36,267 nucleotides of DNA from a virus: UHGV virus genome UHGV-0179687, one strand, 5' to 3'. The position numbers and the translations under genes were made by a program. How positions within the stretch are numbered: position 1 is the first letter of the stretch; every line of letters begins with the position of its first letter. The notes under the pieces are model-generated. The model had not been told where the DNA came from, made no database searches, and saw only the letters and a program-made list of their open reading frames with translations. Of the stretch, positions 35,526 through 36,267 are shown piece by piece.

Positions 35526-36267
35526 ATTTGAGATTAAGCCCGGGGTTTGGGTTTATGTCCCAAGCGTTGAGGCACGTAAAGTCGGAGGGAAGATACTTCA
35601 GGCTGTCAGAAACAAGTGGATTCCGCCACTCTATTTTTACCATCTAAGAACTGGTGGGCATCTTAAAGCTGCCAGATTACACTTAAAAAGTGATTTTTTT
35701 GCCGTTGTTGATATTAAACAATTTTTTCAGTCAACGAGCCGTAGTCGTATCACCCGTGATCTAAAGAGCTACTTCACCTATTCTCAAGCGCGGGAAATCT
35801 CAACATTTTCAACTGTAAGAAACTTGTCCCATAGTCCACATAAGCATGTCCTCCCTTTTGGTTTTGTTCAATCTCCAATACTTGCAACCCTCTGCTTAGA
35901 TAAAAGTTATTTTGGTAGCTTACTACGCCGATTGAACAAACATCATGATCTCAAGCTAAGTGTGTTTATGGATGATGTGATCATCTCGTCAAACGATTTG
36001 GCCCAATTACAAGCGGCTTACGACGAAGCACTAGTGGCAATGCGTAAATCTGGTTATCAAGCCAACATGAGTAAAACTCAGGCACCATCGTCAAAGATTA
36101 GCGTGTTTAATTTAACTTTGAGTAAGGGAGTTATGAAAGTCACATCTCAGAAAATGAGTGACTTCCTGATTGATTTCTATTCAAGCAATTATGAGCCGCA
36201 CAGAATAGGGGTCAAAAACTACGTCGAAGCTGTTAATCCAGGGCAAGCGAAACTCTTTAAGTTGTAA
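35494..36267 (+). CDS. compact reverse transcriptase
   Basis: 257 aa with RT motifs in order: FFAVVDIKQFFQST (motif A Asp), LPFGFVQSPILATLCL (motif B'), LSVFMDDVIISS (motif C, x-M-D-D), ...MSKTQ (motif D). Hand-counted G+C about 40 %. Confidence 0.75.
   Translation: MTIEVQRWEDKFEIKPGVWVYVPSVEARKVGGKILQAVRNKWIPPLYFYHLRTGGHLKAARLHLKSDFFAVVDIKQFFQSTSRSRITRDLKSYFTYSQAREISTFSTVRNLSHSPHKHVLPFGFVQSPILATLCLDKSYFGSLLRRLNKHHDLKLSVFMDDVIISSNDLAQLQAAYDEALVAMRKSGYQANMSKTQAPSSKISVFNLTLSKGVMKVTSQKMSDFLIDFYSSNYEPHRIGVKNYVEAVNPGQAKLFKL

Larger units (their letters stand above)
2101..36267. mobile_element. P2/186-like prophage (right boundary not observed)
   Basis: P2-type int, 186-type cI/apl/cII, A, Q-P, O-N-M-L-X, lysis genes, R-S, V-W-J-I-H-G, FI-FII-E-T-U-D, ogr, all in canonical order. 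The left end abuts the ssrA fragment. No second ssrA copy is seen after ogr. Confidence 0.85.

Noticed and set aside
1-36267. CRISPR array or other regular repeat-spacer structure
   Set aside because: No regularly spaced direct repeats seen. The only repeats are the tail-fibre coding repeats and short operator-like dyads.

Overview
This window is mostly a near-complete P2/186-like (peduovirus-type) prophage, with a remnant of a second integrative island to its left. No search or folding tool was run; all calls rest on reading the six-frame track and the sequence, on motifs I recognise, and on P2/186 gene order. Layout, left to right: (1) 1..2055, a P4/CP4-57-type island remnant with a tyrosine integrase broken by a 1-nt homopolymer frameshift; (2) 2056..2100, a 45-nt copy of the ssrA (tmRNA) 3' end on the minus strand, i.e. 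an att-site remnant; (3) 2101..end, the prophage: AT-rich cargo ORF, int, 186-type cI / Apl-like / cII switch, TraR-like, Dam, replication protein A, an accessory island, then Q-P, O-N-M-L-X, lysis cassette, R-S, V-W-J-I-H-G, FI-FII-E/E'-T-U-D-ogr. Accessory cargo sits at three places: between the att remnant and int (406-aa AT-rich ORF), between A and Q (LexA box, small ORF, DinI-like gene, a small-protein/membrane-protein pair, and a 477-aa TIR-like protein), and after ogr (structured leader, small hydrophobic ORF, compact reverse transcriptase). An extra gene encoding only a terminase large-subunit ATPase-like domain lies between Q and P. The best candidates for an undescribed system are the A-Q cargo module and the reverse-transcriptase locus. 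The right prophage boundary is not visible in the window.
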